Part shown: positions 32,223 to 42,126 of the stretch, in pieces | Numbering within the stretch: the first letter of the stretch is position 1 | Layout of the letters: every line of letters starts with the position of its first letter | Origin: an uncultured delta proteobacterium | GTDB taxonomy: Bacteria > Desulfobacterota > Binatia > UBA9968 | Length of the DNA: 64,000 bases | Assembly (NCBI GenBank): GCA_963745035.1 | Contig: CAVUVW010000013.1 | Location: 1,312,001 to 1,376,000, forward strand | Direction of reading: 5' to 3' | Program-made: the position numbers and the translations under genes | The notes under the pieces: model-generated | The model's input: the letters and a program-made list of their open reading frames with translations, nothing else | Told to the model about the DNA's origin: nothing | The model's database searches: none

Positions 32223-33221
32223 ATGAACATTCTCCAAGTTTTCAAACCATTTCTGATTGTTCTCACAGTGACGGCGTTTGCTTCCGAAACCTCGCCGGTT
32301 AACGCCCAGGCAAATCCGAAAAAAGTCCGCATCGGCGTTTCCGAAACCCACGTCGGCTACTTGCCGCTGCAGGTGGCATTTCACAAAGGGTACTACAAGG
32401 ACGAAGGCATCGATCTCGAAATCGTCTTGATGCCGACCAACATCATCAATACGGCCGCGCTAACCGGACAGATCGACATCAACGGAGCAGTCACCGGCAC
32501 GGTGGGCTCCGCGGTGCAGGGCAGTCCGATGAAACTTTTGATCGTGACAGTAGGTAAGCCGCTGCTGTTTTTGGTGAGCCGCAAGGAGATCAAAGAACCG
32601 GGCGAGTTGAGAGGCAAGAAAATCGCCGGCAGCTCGCCTGCCGGCTCCGCGACGATTCTCGCGAAGCAAGCACTCAAGCACTACGGACTCGATCCCGAGA
32701 AGGACGCCGCGGTGCTGCCGATGGGCGGATCGACGACGACGCGCTTCGCCGCGATGGAGAGCGCGGTCGTTGATGCAACGGTGTTGCCCGTGCCGGAAAT
32801 TATCTTCGCCAAGGCAAAGGGCTACAACGAGCTTGCCTTCATGGGCGACATCGCCCAGTTTCCGCAAAATGGCTTCGGCGCAACCGAGAAAAAGATCCGC
32901 GAGAATCCCGACGAGATCTATCGCATGGTGAAGGCTTCGCTGCGCGGCCTGCTCTTTATGTCCGACGCAAAAAACCGCGACGAGGTCGTACGCATCGTCA
33001 TGAAGCAACACAAAGTCAACGATCGAAAGCTCGCCGAGCAGATGCTCGGCTATTCGCTGCGCGTCGTGACCAAAGAAGCGCAAGTAACGAATGAGGAAAT
33101 TCAATATCTGATCGATCTGCTACGGACCAATGCGAAAGTGACCCGGCCCGTCAGCGTGGACCAAGTCGTCGACTTCAGTTTTCTCGATAAGGCGCGCAAA
33201 GAACTCGGATTGGTTCGTTGA
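32223..33221 (+). CDS. ABC transporter substrate-binding protein (SsuA/NMT1-like)
   Basis: Signal peptide; KGYYKDEGIDLE, LRGKKIAG, VVDFSFL. Confidence 0.85.
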   Translation: MNILQVFKPFLIVLTVTAFASETSPVNAQANPKKVRIGVSETHVGYLPLQVAFHKGYYKDEGIDLEIVLMPTNIINTAALTGQIDINGAVTGTVGSAVQGSPMKLLIVTVGKPLLFLVSRKEIKEPGELRGKKIAGSSPAGSATILAKQALKHYGLDPEKDAAVLPMGGSTTTRFAAMESAVVDATVLPVPEIIFAKAKGYNELAFMGDIAQFPQNGFGATEKKIRENPDEIYRMVKASLRGLLFMSDAKNRDEVVRIVMKQHKVNDRKLAEQMLGYSLRVVTKEAQVTNEEIQYLIDLLRTNAKVTRPVSVDQVVDFSFLDKARKELGLVR

Positions 33222-33334
33222 AACATCCGTACTCGGCTAAGAAAACCCATTGAGCCATGCTCATTAAATTGTAATCGGCAGCATTGTTAGAGCATCAGCA
33301 GGAGCGGCAATACCCGCAGTTAGGAGAATAGAGA

Positions 33335-33964
33335 ATGTTCGACTTCGAAAGCAGACAAATTCCCAGCGATCTCAAGGAAATCGTCGATCCCAAACGCGTG
33401 GTGCTTCTCGTGTGGGACATGCAGAACGATCAAGCGGGCGGCTCGTTCAATAAGGAAGCTTTGATCCGCAACGCGCCGCCGCTGATCGCTGCTGCGGCCA
33501 AGGCCGGCATCAAGACTGTCTATACGCGCCAGACGCCTTTCTTGTGGAAAGATGAGGCGCCGGTTTGGATTCGCCGCGGCATGAAGGATCAAAAAGTCGA
33601 TCATCCGGACAAGCTCAAGCCGCGCCGCCTGCACGGCAGCTTCGGCTGGAACATCATGGAGCCGTTCCAGCCCGCGGAGAATGATACGGTGATCGACAAA
33701 CGCCGGCCGTCCATGTTTATCGGCAACGAGTTCGAAACCATCATGAACAACCGCGGCGCGACGACGATCGTCATGATCGGCTGCACCACCGACGGCGGCG
33801 TCGAAGCCACCGTGCGCGAAGGTTTCAATCGCAACTACTTCATGGTCGTCGTGCGCGACTGCGTCGGCACCTACACCGAGGAAGGCCACAACGCCGCGCT
33901 CAAACGCATGGAGCGCTTCGGCGAGATCGTCGACTCGAAGACATTGATCGCTTGCTGGGGTTAG
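33335..33964 (+). CDS. Isochorismatase/cysteine hydrolase family protein
   Basis: WDMQND, IDKRRPSMF, GCTTDGGVEATVREG. Confidence 0.85.
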   Translation: MFDFESRQIPSDLKEIVDPKRVVLLVWDMQNDQAGGSFNKEALIRNAPPLIAAAAKAGIKTVYTRQTPFLWKDEAPVWIRRGMKDQKVDHPDKLKPRRLHGSFGWNIMEPFQPAENDTVIDKRRPSMFIGNEFETIMNNRGATTIVMIGCTTDGGVEATVREGFNRNYFMVVVRDCVGTYTEEGHNAALKRMERFGEIVDSKTLIACWG

Positions 33965-33970
33965 GTCTGC

Positions 33971-34370
33971 ATGGCCTCGGAAATTGCAGATCTCATCGAG
34001 AAATTCCGCAGCGGTGACGAAGACGATGCCTTGCACGGGCTGATTGAACTGCCTGGCGACGCGCTGCCGGAGTTGATCAATCGCTTTCGCTCGGAATCGC
34101 TCGGGTGCAATTCGCGCGTTGCTGGTCAAGGCGATTTGGGAGCGGCGCGCTCGGTCGGTTATTCCCTTTCTCGACGAAGCACTCCAAGACGGCGACGAGG
34201 AGGTTTGGCAGGAATCTCTCGACGGACTGGTCACTCTCGCGTCACCCGAAGCCTTGGCAGTTCTGCAATCGGCCCGAACCAGAAGGTTCGCCGAGGAAGC
34301 TGATCAGAAGCGCTTTCACCTTTGGCTAGAAGAAGCAATCCAGCAAGTTCAGTTCGAGCTTCGGCGCTAG
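33971..34370 (+). CDS. HEAT-repeat protein (frameshift near 34105)
   Basis: IPFLDEALQDGDEEVWQESLDGL; two overlapping ORFs. Confidence 0.65.
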
Positions 34371-34378
34371 ACGAGCAG

Positions 34379-34472
34379 TTGGAGTGATGGAGTACATGGA
34401 GTGTTGGAGTATTGGGTAAGACACTTCGGCCATAGCCCATCACTCCAATACTCCAGTACTCCATTGCTCCAA
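34379..34472. repeat. Inverted pair of tandem ~8-mer repeats (TGGAGTnn / nnACTCCA)
   Basis: Four units per arm forming a long imperfect hairpin. Confidence 0.85.
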
Positions 34473-34552
34473 TCCACCCGCGCCGGTTGCGCATCCTCCC
34501 CGGAACGCGTTAAAAATGTGGCAACTTCCGCATCGCCACAAAGGAGAAACCC

Positions 34553-35522
34553 ATGAGTCAAGCTAACGGCAAAAAGGCGCTCCACGTCGCGACGTTTTCC
34601 GGCTGGTACCGTTTCGAGCAGGAGGGCAAGACATTCAAGCAAACCAAGCGCGATCTCACCTACTGGACGCTCACCTGCATGTCCGTCGATCCGGCGAATC
34701 CCGCAGAAAATTTACGCCGGGAGCGAGCACTCGGGGCTTTTCTACACAGACAACGGCGGCGCGAACTGGAAGCGCGCCGAACCGAACACGCCGAAGATGA
34801 TGCTGTTTTCGGCATTGGCATTGAACGGCGGCGTCATGGTGGGAACGATCCCATCGGCGGTTTACCGGAGCAAGAACGGCGGCTGGGAGGAATTGGAAGG
34901 CGTGCGCGTCAACAGCGCGGGAGCCAATTTTCCGCCCAGCCCGGAACTGCAATCGCGCACGCGCTATATCACCTATGATCCGGTCGCGCCCGCGCGACTT
35001 TACGCCGGCATCGAAGTCGGCGGCATGCTCGTCAGCGACGACAGCGGCTACAGCTGGAAGCCAGCCAATGAAGGCTTGACCGACATGGATATCCACGAGG
35101 TGCTCGCCAGCGAGGCCAATCCCGGCATGGTTTATCTCGCTTGCGGAGAGGCTTGCTTTCGCAGTCTCGATCGCGCCGGGCACTGGGAAAATGTTTCACC
35201 GAAAAGCCATGACTACGGAACGTCGGTGGCCGAAGACAAAAACGGCGTTATTTACGTCGGCGCAGCTAAGGGGCGGCCCAACTTGTGGATCCGCGAGGAA
35301 GGCGCCAAAGCCGCCATATTCCGCAGCGGCGACAAAGGTGCGAGTTGGGAAAAGATCACCGATGATTTGAAAGGCGGGGTCATGCACATGTGCCAGGCGC
35401 CGGATGGCAACGGCATGGTCGCCGGTACGTCCGACGGATCGCTGCTCGTGATCGACGACTCCGGCGCGCGCGAAGTTGTGAGCGGCCTGCCGTTTGTCAC
35501 GTCGGTGGAGTTGGGAGCGTGA
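34553..35522 (+). CDS. BNR/Asp-box beta-propeller protein (frameshift near 34705)
   Basis: TDNGGANW, SDDSGYSW, SGDKGASW; AGIEVGG, DIHEV. Confidence 0.8.
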
Positions 35523-35526
35523 TACC

Positions 35527-35596
35527 AAAGGATAAGGGCAAAAGGATAAAGGATGAATTGCGCGCCTAAAACTTTACCCTTCATCCTTTATCCTTC
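35527..35596. repeat. Inverted pair of tandem 7-mer repeats (AAGGATA / TATCCTT)
   Basis: AAAGGATAAGGGCAAAAGGATAAAGGATGAA ... TTTACCCTTCATCCTTTATCCTTC. Confidence 0.8.
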
Positions 35597-35610
35597 AATT
35601 GGGGGATCGC

Positions 35611-36606
35611 ATGAGAGTCTCGCTCCTGATCGTTCTCTCGCTGTTCTTTGCATCAGCCGCGCTGGCCCAAGACGCCAAACTTCTTGCCGAAGCGAAGAAG
35701 GAGGGCAAGGTCGTCATCTACGGCTCCATGGAGCAGGATATTTTCGAAGGCGTGCGCCAATCCTTCGAGAAGAAGGCCGGCATCCCTGTTGAATACTGGC
35801 GCGCTTCAGGCGCCGCCGTGCTCGAGCGCGTGATCACCGAGCGCCGTGCCGGCAAACCATATTTGACGTCGTGCTCAACAACGCCGGGCCCATGGAAATC
35901 ATGCTGGCTGACGGCGCTTTCGTGAACTATCAGTCGCCGCTGGCAAAGAATTTTCCGCCGGAAGTCGTCCATCCCCAACTCGGCCCGAGCTACCGCACCG
36001 GGGTCGTCGGCATCGTCTATAACAAGAGCATCATCACTCCCGACAAGGCGCCCAAAACCCTCGAAGATCTTTTGAAACCCGAATACAAGGGCAAGCTCGC
36101 TTTTCCGGATCCCACTCGCGGCGCGGTATCGCTCATGTGGCCGGCAAGTTTGTACAAGCTCATGGGCAAGGATCGCGCCGACGATTATCTGCGCCGCCTG
36201 GGCGCGACCAAACCGATCATGGTCGAAGGCGTACTCAACGCCGCCGAGCGCGTGACGACGGGCGAGACGCCGCTCGCGATCAGCTACTTGAAGTATGTCG
36301 CCAGCTTTCGGGCTAAAAGGCGCGCCGCTCGATTATGTGCGCATGGACAAGATGCTGGGCCACAGCCATGCGATAGCCCTCAGCAGCAAAGCGCTCCACC
36401 CCAACGCCGGGAAAGCGTTCATCGATCATTTTCTCGGCGACGACAGCCTGAGAATCATCGCCAAACACGGCGAGTTCGTTACGCGCAAGGGCATCTACCC
36501 GCCGATCCCGGACGCGGACAAAATCCAGATCGTCGAAATGGACGAGCCCGACACTCAAGGCTTCGCCGAGAAGCGCAAAGAATTCCGAAAGATCTTTTTT
36601 CAATAA
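35611..36606 (+). CDS. Extracellular solute-binding protein (Fe3+/thiamine-type ABC) (two frameshifts)
   Basis: Signal peptide; AKKEGKVVIY, YNKS, DLLKPEYKGK, HPNAGKAFIDH. Confidence 0.8.
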
Positions 36607-36649
36607 ACAGGGCCGGCATGGCTAAGGTTTAATTCGAACTCCGAGCCAA

Positions 36650-36684
36650 CCAATACTCCAGTACTCCAACACTCCGTTACTCCA
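36650..36684. repeat. Tandem 8-mer repeat (nnACTCCA), same unit as the 34379 element
   Basis: CCAATACTCCAGTACTCCAACACTCCGTTACTCCA. Confidence 0.8.
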
Positions 36685-36699
36685 CAGTAAGGATTTCCC

Positions 36700-37344
36700 A
36701 TGAAACTTTACACTTTCTTCCGCAGCTCGGCATCTTATCGGGTGCGCATTGCACTAAATCTGAAAGGTCTCAGCTACGAGCAGGCGCCGATCCATCTACG
36801 CCGCGGCGGCGGCGAGCAACTGACTGCCGCTTACCGAGCAATCAATCCGCAAGCGCTCGTCCCCGCTTTGGAAGACGGCGGCAGGATTCTCACGCAGTCT
36901 CTCGCGATCATCGAGTATCTCGAAGAGAAACATCCCCATCCGGCATTGCTTCCCCGCGATCCAGCCGACAAAGCCTACGTGCGCAGCATGGCGATGGTCA
37001 TTGCCTGCGAAGTTCATCCGATCCAGAACCTGCGCGTGCTCAATCACGTCAAGAAAGAATACGGTCAAACTGATGAGCAGGTGAACCGTTGGGCGCAGCA
37101 CTGGATCGATCTCGGCCTGTCGGCCTTGGAGCAGATGATCGCCGCTCAATCCAAGCGAGGCAAATTCTGCTTCGGCGATTCGCCCACTCTCGCCGACATC
37201 TGCCTCGTGCCGCAGCTCGGCAATGCCCGCCGCTACGGCTGCGACCTGGCAAAGTATCCCGCGATCCTCGAAATCGAAAAAAACTGCATGGCGCTCGCCG
37301 CCTTCGCCGACGCCGCTCCGGAAAAACAGCCGGATGCGGAATAG
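36700..37344 (+). CDS. maiA: Maleylacetoacetate/maleylpyruvate isomerase (zeta-class GST)
   Basis: FRSSASYRVRIALNLKG, NPQALVPAL, QSLAIIEYL, HPIQNLRVL, PEKQPD. Confidence 0.92.
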   Translation: MKLYTFFRSSASYRVRIALNLKGLSYEQAPIHLRRGGGEQLTAAYRAINPQALVPALEDGGRILTQSLAIIEYLEEKHPHPALLPRDPADKAYVRSMAMVIACEVHPIQNLRVLNHVKKEYGQTDEQVNRWAQHWIDLGLSALEQMIAAQSKRGKFCFGDSPTLADICLVPQLGNARRYGCDLAKYPAILEIEKNCMALAAFADAAPEKQPDAE

Positions 37345-37349
37345 ACAGC

Positions 37350-37462
37350 TTCCAGTGCCAGCTTCCAGTTGCCAGTTTCGAGTGACGTGAAGCATTTCTA
37401 CCAACTGGCAACTGACGACTGACGGCTGCTAGTCAACTGACCACTAATCAACTGACCACTAG
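37350..37462. repeat. Inverted tandem 7-mer repeats (CCAGTTG / CAACTGG) followed by a 13-mer direct repeat
   Basis: CCAGTGCCAGCTTCCAGTTGCCAG...CAACTGGCAACTGACGACTG; TCAACTGACCACTA twice. Confidence 0.7.
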
Positions 37463-37470
37463 TCTTCCGC

Positions 37471-38241
37471 ATGTTCACCCTGAAGCTATTCCTCAAAGCG
37501 CTGTTGCTTCCTCCGACCGTCTGGCTGCTGTTGCTGCTGGCGGTCCTGATATTCTGGCGGCGGAGCTGGGCGCGCAAGCTGTTTCTCTTTACGTTCCTGC
37601 TGATCTTGGCGCTACACACCGGGCCGCTGAACTACGTCCTGCGCTACCCCCTCGAATCCGGTTATCCGCCGGTGCTCGATCCGAGGAAAGCAGGATCCTA
37701 TGACGCCATTGTCGTTTTGACCGGCGGAATTACACCCGCGAGCGGCATGATTCCATTTTCGACAATCGATCAGTTCATGTTCCGCCGGCTCGATGAAGCT
37801 TTGCGTCTTTATCGCCTTCAACCCAAGCCGATCATCGTCTCGGGCGGTCACGTCAATCCGTTTACCGAGGACAAGAACGAAAACAAAATCGCCCGTGATT
37901 TCCTGATCAAGTGGGGCGTGCCGGCAAAGGACGTGCTCGGCGAAGGCAAATCGCGCGATACTTTCGAGAGCGCCGTTGAAACCCGAAAGCTGCTCGTCGA
38001 AAAAGGTTACAAACGTTATCTCCTCGTCACCTCGGCCTTTCACATGCCGCGCAGCATGCTGGCTTTCGCAGCGCGCGCCCCCGAGCCGGTGCCCGCTCCT
38101 GGCGACTTTTCCTTGGGCGCGCTCGAGTTCACGCCGCTCGACTTCTTTCCCAGCGAATCGGCCGCGCGCCAGCTCTTCATCACTTTGCATGAATATCTCG
38201 GTCTGGCGAACTATCACTGGCGCCTGCGCTTTTCCGAGTGA
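37471..38241 (+). CDS. YdcF/DUF218 (ElyC-like) protein
   Basis: N-terminal TMs; IVVLTGG, VSGG, SRDTFESA, VTSAFHMPRS, LHEYLG. Confidence 0.9.
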   Translation: MFTLKLFLKALLLPPTVWLLLLLAVLIFWRRSWARKLFLFTFLLILALHTGPLNYVLRYPLESGYPPVLDPRKAGSYDAIVVLTGGITPASGMIPFSTIDQFMFRRLDEALRLYRLQPKPIIVSGGHVNPFTEDKNENKIARDFLIKWGVPAKDVLGEGKSRDTFESAVETRKLLVEKGYKRYLLVTSAFHMPRSMLAFAARAPEPVPAPGDFSLGALEFTPLDFFPSESAARQLFITLHEYLGLANYHWRLRFSE

Positions 38242-38350
38242 CGCGGCCCGCAAAATAATCCCGCCCCGTTTGCAAATCACCGGCGGAGTGATAGAGAAAT
38301 TCTTGCTTTGCCAAGCGAGCGTCCCAGGCGCCGAGAAATAGAAAGCGAGC

Positions 38351-39631
38351 ATGCTCCCGCGCGAAGAAAACGATCTACTCACCCAGGCAAGCGCCGACAA
38401 GCCGCTGGGCGCACTTATGCGATGTTATTGGATCCCGGCATTGCTGTCGCAGGAGATTCCGGAGCCCGACAGCCCGCCCGTGCGGGTGCGCCTGCTCGGT
38501 GAGGACCTTGTCGCCTTTCGCGACAGCCAGGGTCGGGTCGGGCTGCTCGATGAACACTGCTCCCATCGCGGCACCTCGCTGTTTTTTGGCCGTAACGAAG
38601 AGTGCGGACTGCGCTGCATCTACCACGGCTGGAAATATGACGTCGACGGCCATGTATTGGAAACTCCCGCGGAGCCCGCGGGCAGCACTCTGAAAAACAA
38701 AGTTCATCATACCGCCTACCCGTGCAAGGAAGCAGCGGGCATCGTTTGGAGCTACCTCGGGCCGAAAGAGAAAATGCCGTTGCTGCCGAATTATGAGTGG
38801 ATGAGCCTGCCGCCGCAGCAAATTTACGTTACAAAGTCGGTGCAGGACTGCAGTTGGCTTCAAGGCCTCGAAGGCGAATGCGATTCGTCGCATCTTTCCG
38901 TCCTGCACAAGAATTTCACCGGCGAGCGGCCGCGCGGCGGCGGCGACGGCGCTTTGTACGCGGCGGATTCGGCGCCTGAACTCGAAGGGATCGAGATGGA
39001 CTACGGCGTCCGCATGCTTTCCTGCCGCAGGATCGATTCTCAGACCATTTATCTGCGCGTCTCCAACATCGTTCTGCCCTGCCACGGGTTTATTCCCACC
39101 GGCGGCTTGAAAGGCAATCCCGAAGGCTACACGATCCATTCACACGTGCCGATCGATGATCAACACAGCATGCGCTACAACATTCACTTTCGCCGTAATC
39201 GTCCGATTTACGAGGACGAAAGACAGCACGACGAGGAGATCGGCCCGGATTTCCGCAAGCGACGAAACTTAGCGAATAACTACCTGCAAGACCGCGAGCA
39301 GCAGAAGCGCGAGACCTTTACGGGCATGGGGCAGATTTTTCTGGTGCACGACTCCTGCGCCACGGAAAGCATGGGACCTGTCTACGATCGCTCGCAGGAG
39401 CATCTCGGCGTGAGCGATATCACGGTCATCACCGTGCGTAAGTTTCTGTTGCAGTGCGTTCGCGCCTTGCAGAGCGGCAAGGAACCGCCGCACGTTATCC
39501 GAACCGAGGCGCAAAACGATTTACGCCACGTCGCCTGCATCGCGGCCAAGATCCCGGCAGACAGTGATCCGAAGCGCTACGTCATCGAACAATTGAAGAA
39601 AGAGAAGTACTGGGAAACACCGAGCCTCTAA
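38351..39631 (+). CDS. Rieske oxygenase, phthalate 4,5-dioxygenase-like
   Basis: CSHR...CIYHGW Rieske site; EGECDSSHLSVLH; EHLGVSD. Confidence 0.9.
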   Translation: MLPREENDLLTQASADKPLGALMRCYWIPALLSQEIPEPDSPPVRVRLLGEDLVAFRDSQGRVGLLDEHCSHRGTSLFFGRNEECGLRCIYHGWKYDVDGHVLETPAEPAGSTLKNKVHHTAYPCKEAAGIVWSYLGPKEKMPLLPNYEWMSLPPQQIYVTKSVQDCSWLQGLEGECDSSHLSVLHKNFTGERPRGGGDGALYAADSAPELEGIEMDYGVRMLSCRRIDSQTIYLRVSNIVLPCHGFIPTGGLKGNPEGYTIHSHVPIDDQHSMRYNIHFRRNRPIYEDERQHDEEIGPDFRKRRNLANNYLQDREQQKRETFTGMGQIFLVHDSCATESMGPVYDRSQEHLGVSDITVITVRKFLLQCVRALQSGKEPPHVIRTEAQNDLRHVACIAAKIPADSDPKRYVIEQLKKEKYWETPSL

Positions 39632-39657
39632 AAAAGGTGCATCTTCGCGTTCTATTG

Positions 39658-39686
39658 GTAGGGGCGGGTTTCAAACCCGCCCCTAC
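39658..39686. repeat. REP element GTAGGGGCGGGTTTCAAACCCGCCCCTAC
   Basis: Perfect 14-bp-arm palindrome with GTAG/CTAC ends. Confidence 0.8.
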
Positions 39687-39715
39687 GCGCAAACGAGGCA
39701 GGAACAGGAGGAGCC

Positions 39716-41360
39716 ATGAAAGTTGTCGACGTGATCGCCGAGATTCTCAAGCGCGAAGGCGTGGAGTTCCTGAGCTGTTATCCGACCAACACGCTGATCG
39801 AAGCCGCGGCGGCGGCCGGCATCAGGCCCATCGTCTGCCGCCAGGAGCGGGTCGGAGTCGGCATCGCCGACGGCTTCACTCGGGTGACGAACGGCAAACG
39901 CATCGGCGTCTTCACCATGCAGGCGGGCCCCGGCGCCGAGAACGCTTTTGCCGGCATCACGACGGCGTACTCCGACTCGGTGCCGGTTCTCTTGCTTCCC
40001 GTCGGCCACGCCCGCGACACCTCCCAGGTTTTTCATTTCTTCCGCTCCGTCCAATCCTACGCTCCGGTAACGAAGTGGGCCGAGGAGATCACCCTCGCCA
40101 AGCCAAGTGCCGGACATCATGCGGCGCGCATTCAGCTATTTGAAGATGGGCCGGCTCGGTCCGGTGCTGGTGGAAATTCCCAACGACGCGGCGGTGGAAG
40201 ATTTTCCCGCCGCGGTCGTCAATTATGCTCCCGTCAAGCGTACGGTCAGCGGCGCCAACGCGCGCGACGTTGCCGAAGCGGCAAAAGTCCTGGCGCAAGC
40301 GAAATCCCCGGTTATCGTCGCCGGGCAGGGAGTGCTCTATGCCGAAGCCTCCGATGAGCTCGTCGAGCTCGCCGAGTTGCTGCAAGCGCCGGTGACTACG
40401 CCGCTCGAAGGCAAGAGCGCCTTCCCCGAGCATCATCCGCTCTCGCTCGGCACCGGCGCGGGCGTGATGCCGAAGCCGGTGCAAACCTTCCTGCACAAAG
40501 CCGATGTCGTCTTCGCCGTCGGCGCGAGTTTGACCAAGCACAGCATCGTCGCCGCGCCCATTCCCGCCGGCAAGACCATCATCCACGCCACCAACGACGA
40601 GCGTGACATCAATAAACACTATGCGGCCGATTATCCGATTCTGGGCGACGCCAAGCCGGTGCTGCGCCAGTTCATCGAGGCGGTGAAAGACGAGCTGGGA
40701 AACAAAAAACGCGAACCCAACGGCGCCGCCGCGGAGATCAAGAAAGGCAAAGACGAGTGGATGGCCGAGTGGCTACCGAAGCTTACGTCGAACGAAAAAC
40801 CAATGAATCCTTATCGCGTCATGTGGGAGTTCATGAATCTGTTCGACCGCAAAGACGTGATCGTCACCCACGACGCCGGCAGCCCGCGCAACCAGCTCGT
40901 GCCGTTCTACCAGGCGCCGACGCCGCGCAGCTATTTGGGCTGGGGCAAGTCGCACGCGCTCGGCACCGGCCTTGGCCTGATCATGGGAGCGAAGCTCGCC
41001 GCGCCGGAAAAATTCTGCGTCAACTTCATGGGCGACGCCGCCTTCGGCATGACCGGCTTGGATTTCGAAACCGCGGTGCGCAATAACATTCCGACGCTCA
41101 CCATCGTGCTCAACAATAATTTCATGGCCGCGGAAACCCACAGCATGCAGACGTCGCACGAACGCTACGGCACGATGAACATCCTCGGCAACTACGCCGA
41201 TCTGGCGAAATCTCTCGGCGGCTGGTCGGAGCGGGTCGAAGAGCCCGGCCAGATCGTGCCGGCTTTGCAGCGCGCGCGCAAAGTCACCGATGACGGCAAA
41301 GCCGCGCTATTGGAGTTTATTACGAGTCGAGAACACACCTACTCGAGAGTTGGTCGGTAG
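39716..41360 (+). CDS. Thiamine pyrophosphate-dependent enzyme (acetolactate synthase-like) (frameshift near 40100)
   Basis: CRQER, GPGAEN, GDAAFGM...LNNN TPP-binding motif. Confidence 0.9.
41243..41360 (+). repeat. Direct repeat copy 1 (3' end of TPP-enzyme gene)
   Basis: Aligns with 46689-46805; shared exact core GGCAAAGCCGCGCTATTGGA. Confidence 0.85.
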
Positions 41361-41370
41361 GTGAACGGCT

Positions 41371-41901
41371 TTACTTTTTGCGTCTAGCCAGCAAATACCC
41401 AAGGCCCATACCCACGAGTAGAGATTGGACAGGGTAGTTGCGCACTAAGGCGATCAGGTCTTTTGCGAGCTGGTCGAATTTTTTCTCTTGTAGGTAAGAA
41501 CTCGTCGATTCCAAGCCGCCCGCGATCGTTTCGGCCGTGGTCGCGATCGCGCCTCCGCGCGGAGTTTTCTCGCGAATGGTGTTCGCCAAAGATCCCATCT
41601 TCTCACCAGCGATTGCCGCCACATCGTTTGCCTTCGTCGCCGCAGACGCGCCGAGTTCCTGTGCTTTGGCCGTAATACCTACAATGTCGCCCTCGGTTTT
41701 TTCGCCATACTCTTTAAAGCGCCGCTCAACCTCTTGCTCGGCGTGATCGCGCGCATAGCCATATTTTTCTTGAATCAAGCCTATCAGTTTGTCTTTCTGA
41801 CCGCCGATCTTATCGAAATCGTCATCGGCGAGTTTACCCCACCACGATTTCAAGGAGCCGCGCATTTCTTTCCACTGGCCGGCTAATATGTCTTCATTCA
41901 T
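41371..41901 (-). CDS. CsbD family protein with C-terminal DUF883/ElaB-like membrane anchor
   Basis: GQWKEMRG..K..WGKL.DDD...IQEKYG; C-terminal NYPVQSLLVGMGLGYLLARR. Confidence 0.85.
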   Translation of the reverse strand: MNEDILAGQWKEMRGSLKSWWGKLADDDFDKIGGQKDKLIGLIQEKYGYARDHAEQEVERRFKEYGEKTEGDIVGITAKAQELGASAATKANDVAAIAGEKMGSLANTIREKTPRGGAIATTAETIAGGLESTSSYLQEKKFDQLAKDLIALVRNYPVQSLLVGMGLGYLLARRKK

Positions 41902-42126
41902 GCCATTCCTCCATGTTTGGTTGCGTTCCATCATCAATTACCGCTGGAATATTTGTAAGCTATCGTAAACCAAAATATCCGAGAATGAATAAAACGACTA
42001 CAATTACACCAATAATGTAAAATATGTTTCCTCCGAGCATGTGAACTACTTCGATCAAATGGTTTATTCAACTAACTACTGCCCTGCGTCAAGATCTGGC
42101 ATCCCGAGTCACTTGTAGCCATACCG

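Noticed and set aside
34379-37462. Tandem repeats as a CRISPR array
   Set aside because: Units are 7-8 bp with no unique spacers, and there are no cas genes
41940-42120. sigma54 promoter for the csbD-like gene (and for ompA near 62160)
   Set aside because: GG-GC spacing is 9 bp in one case and the -12 GC is absent in the other
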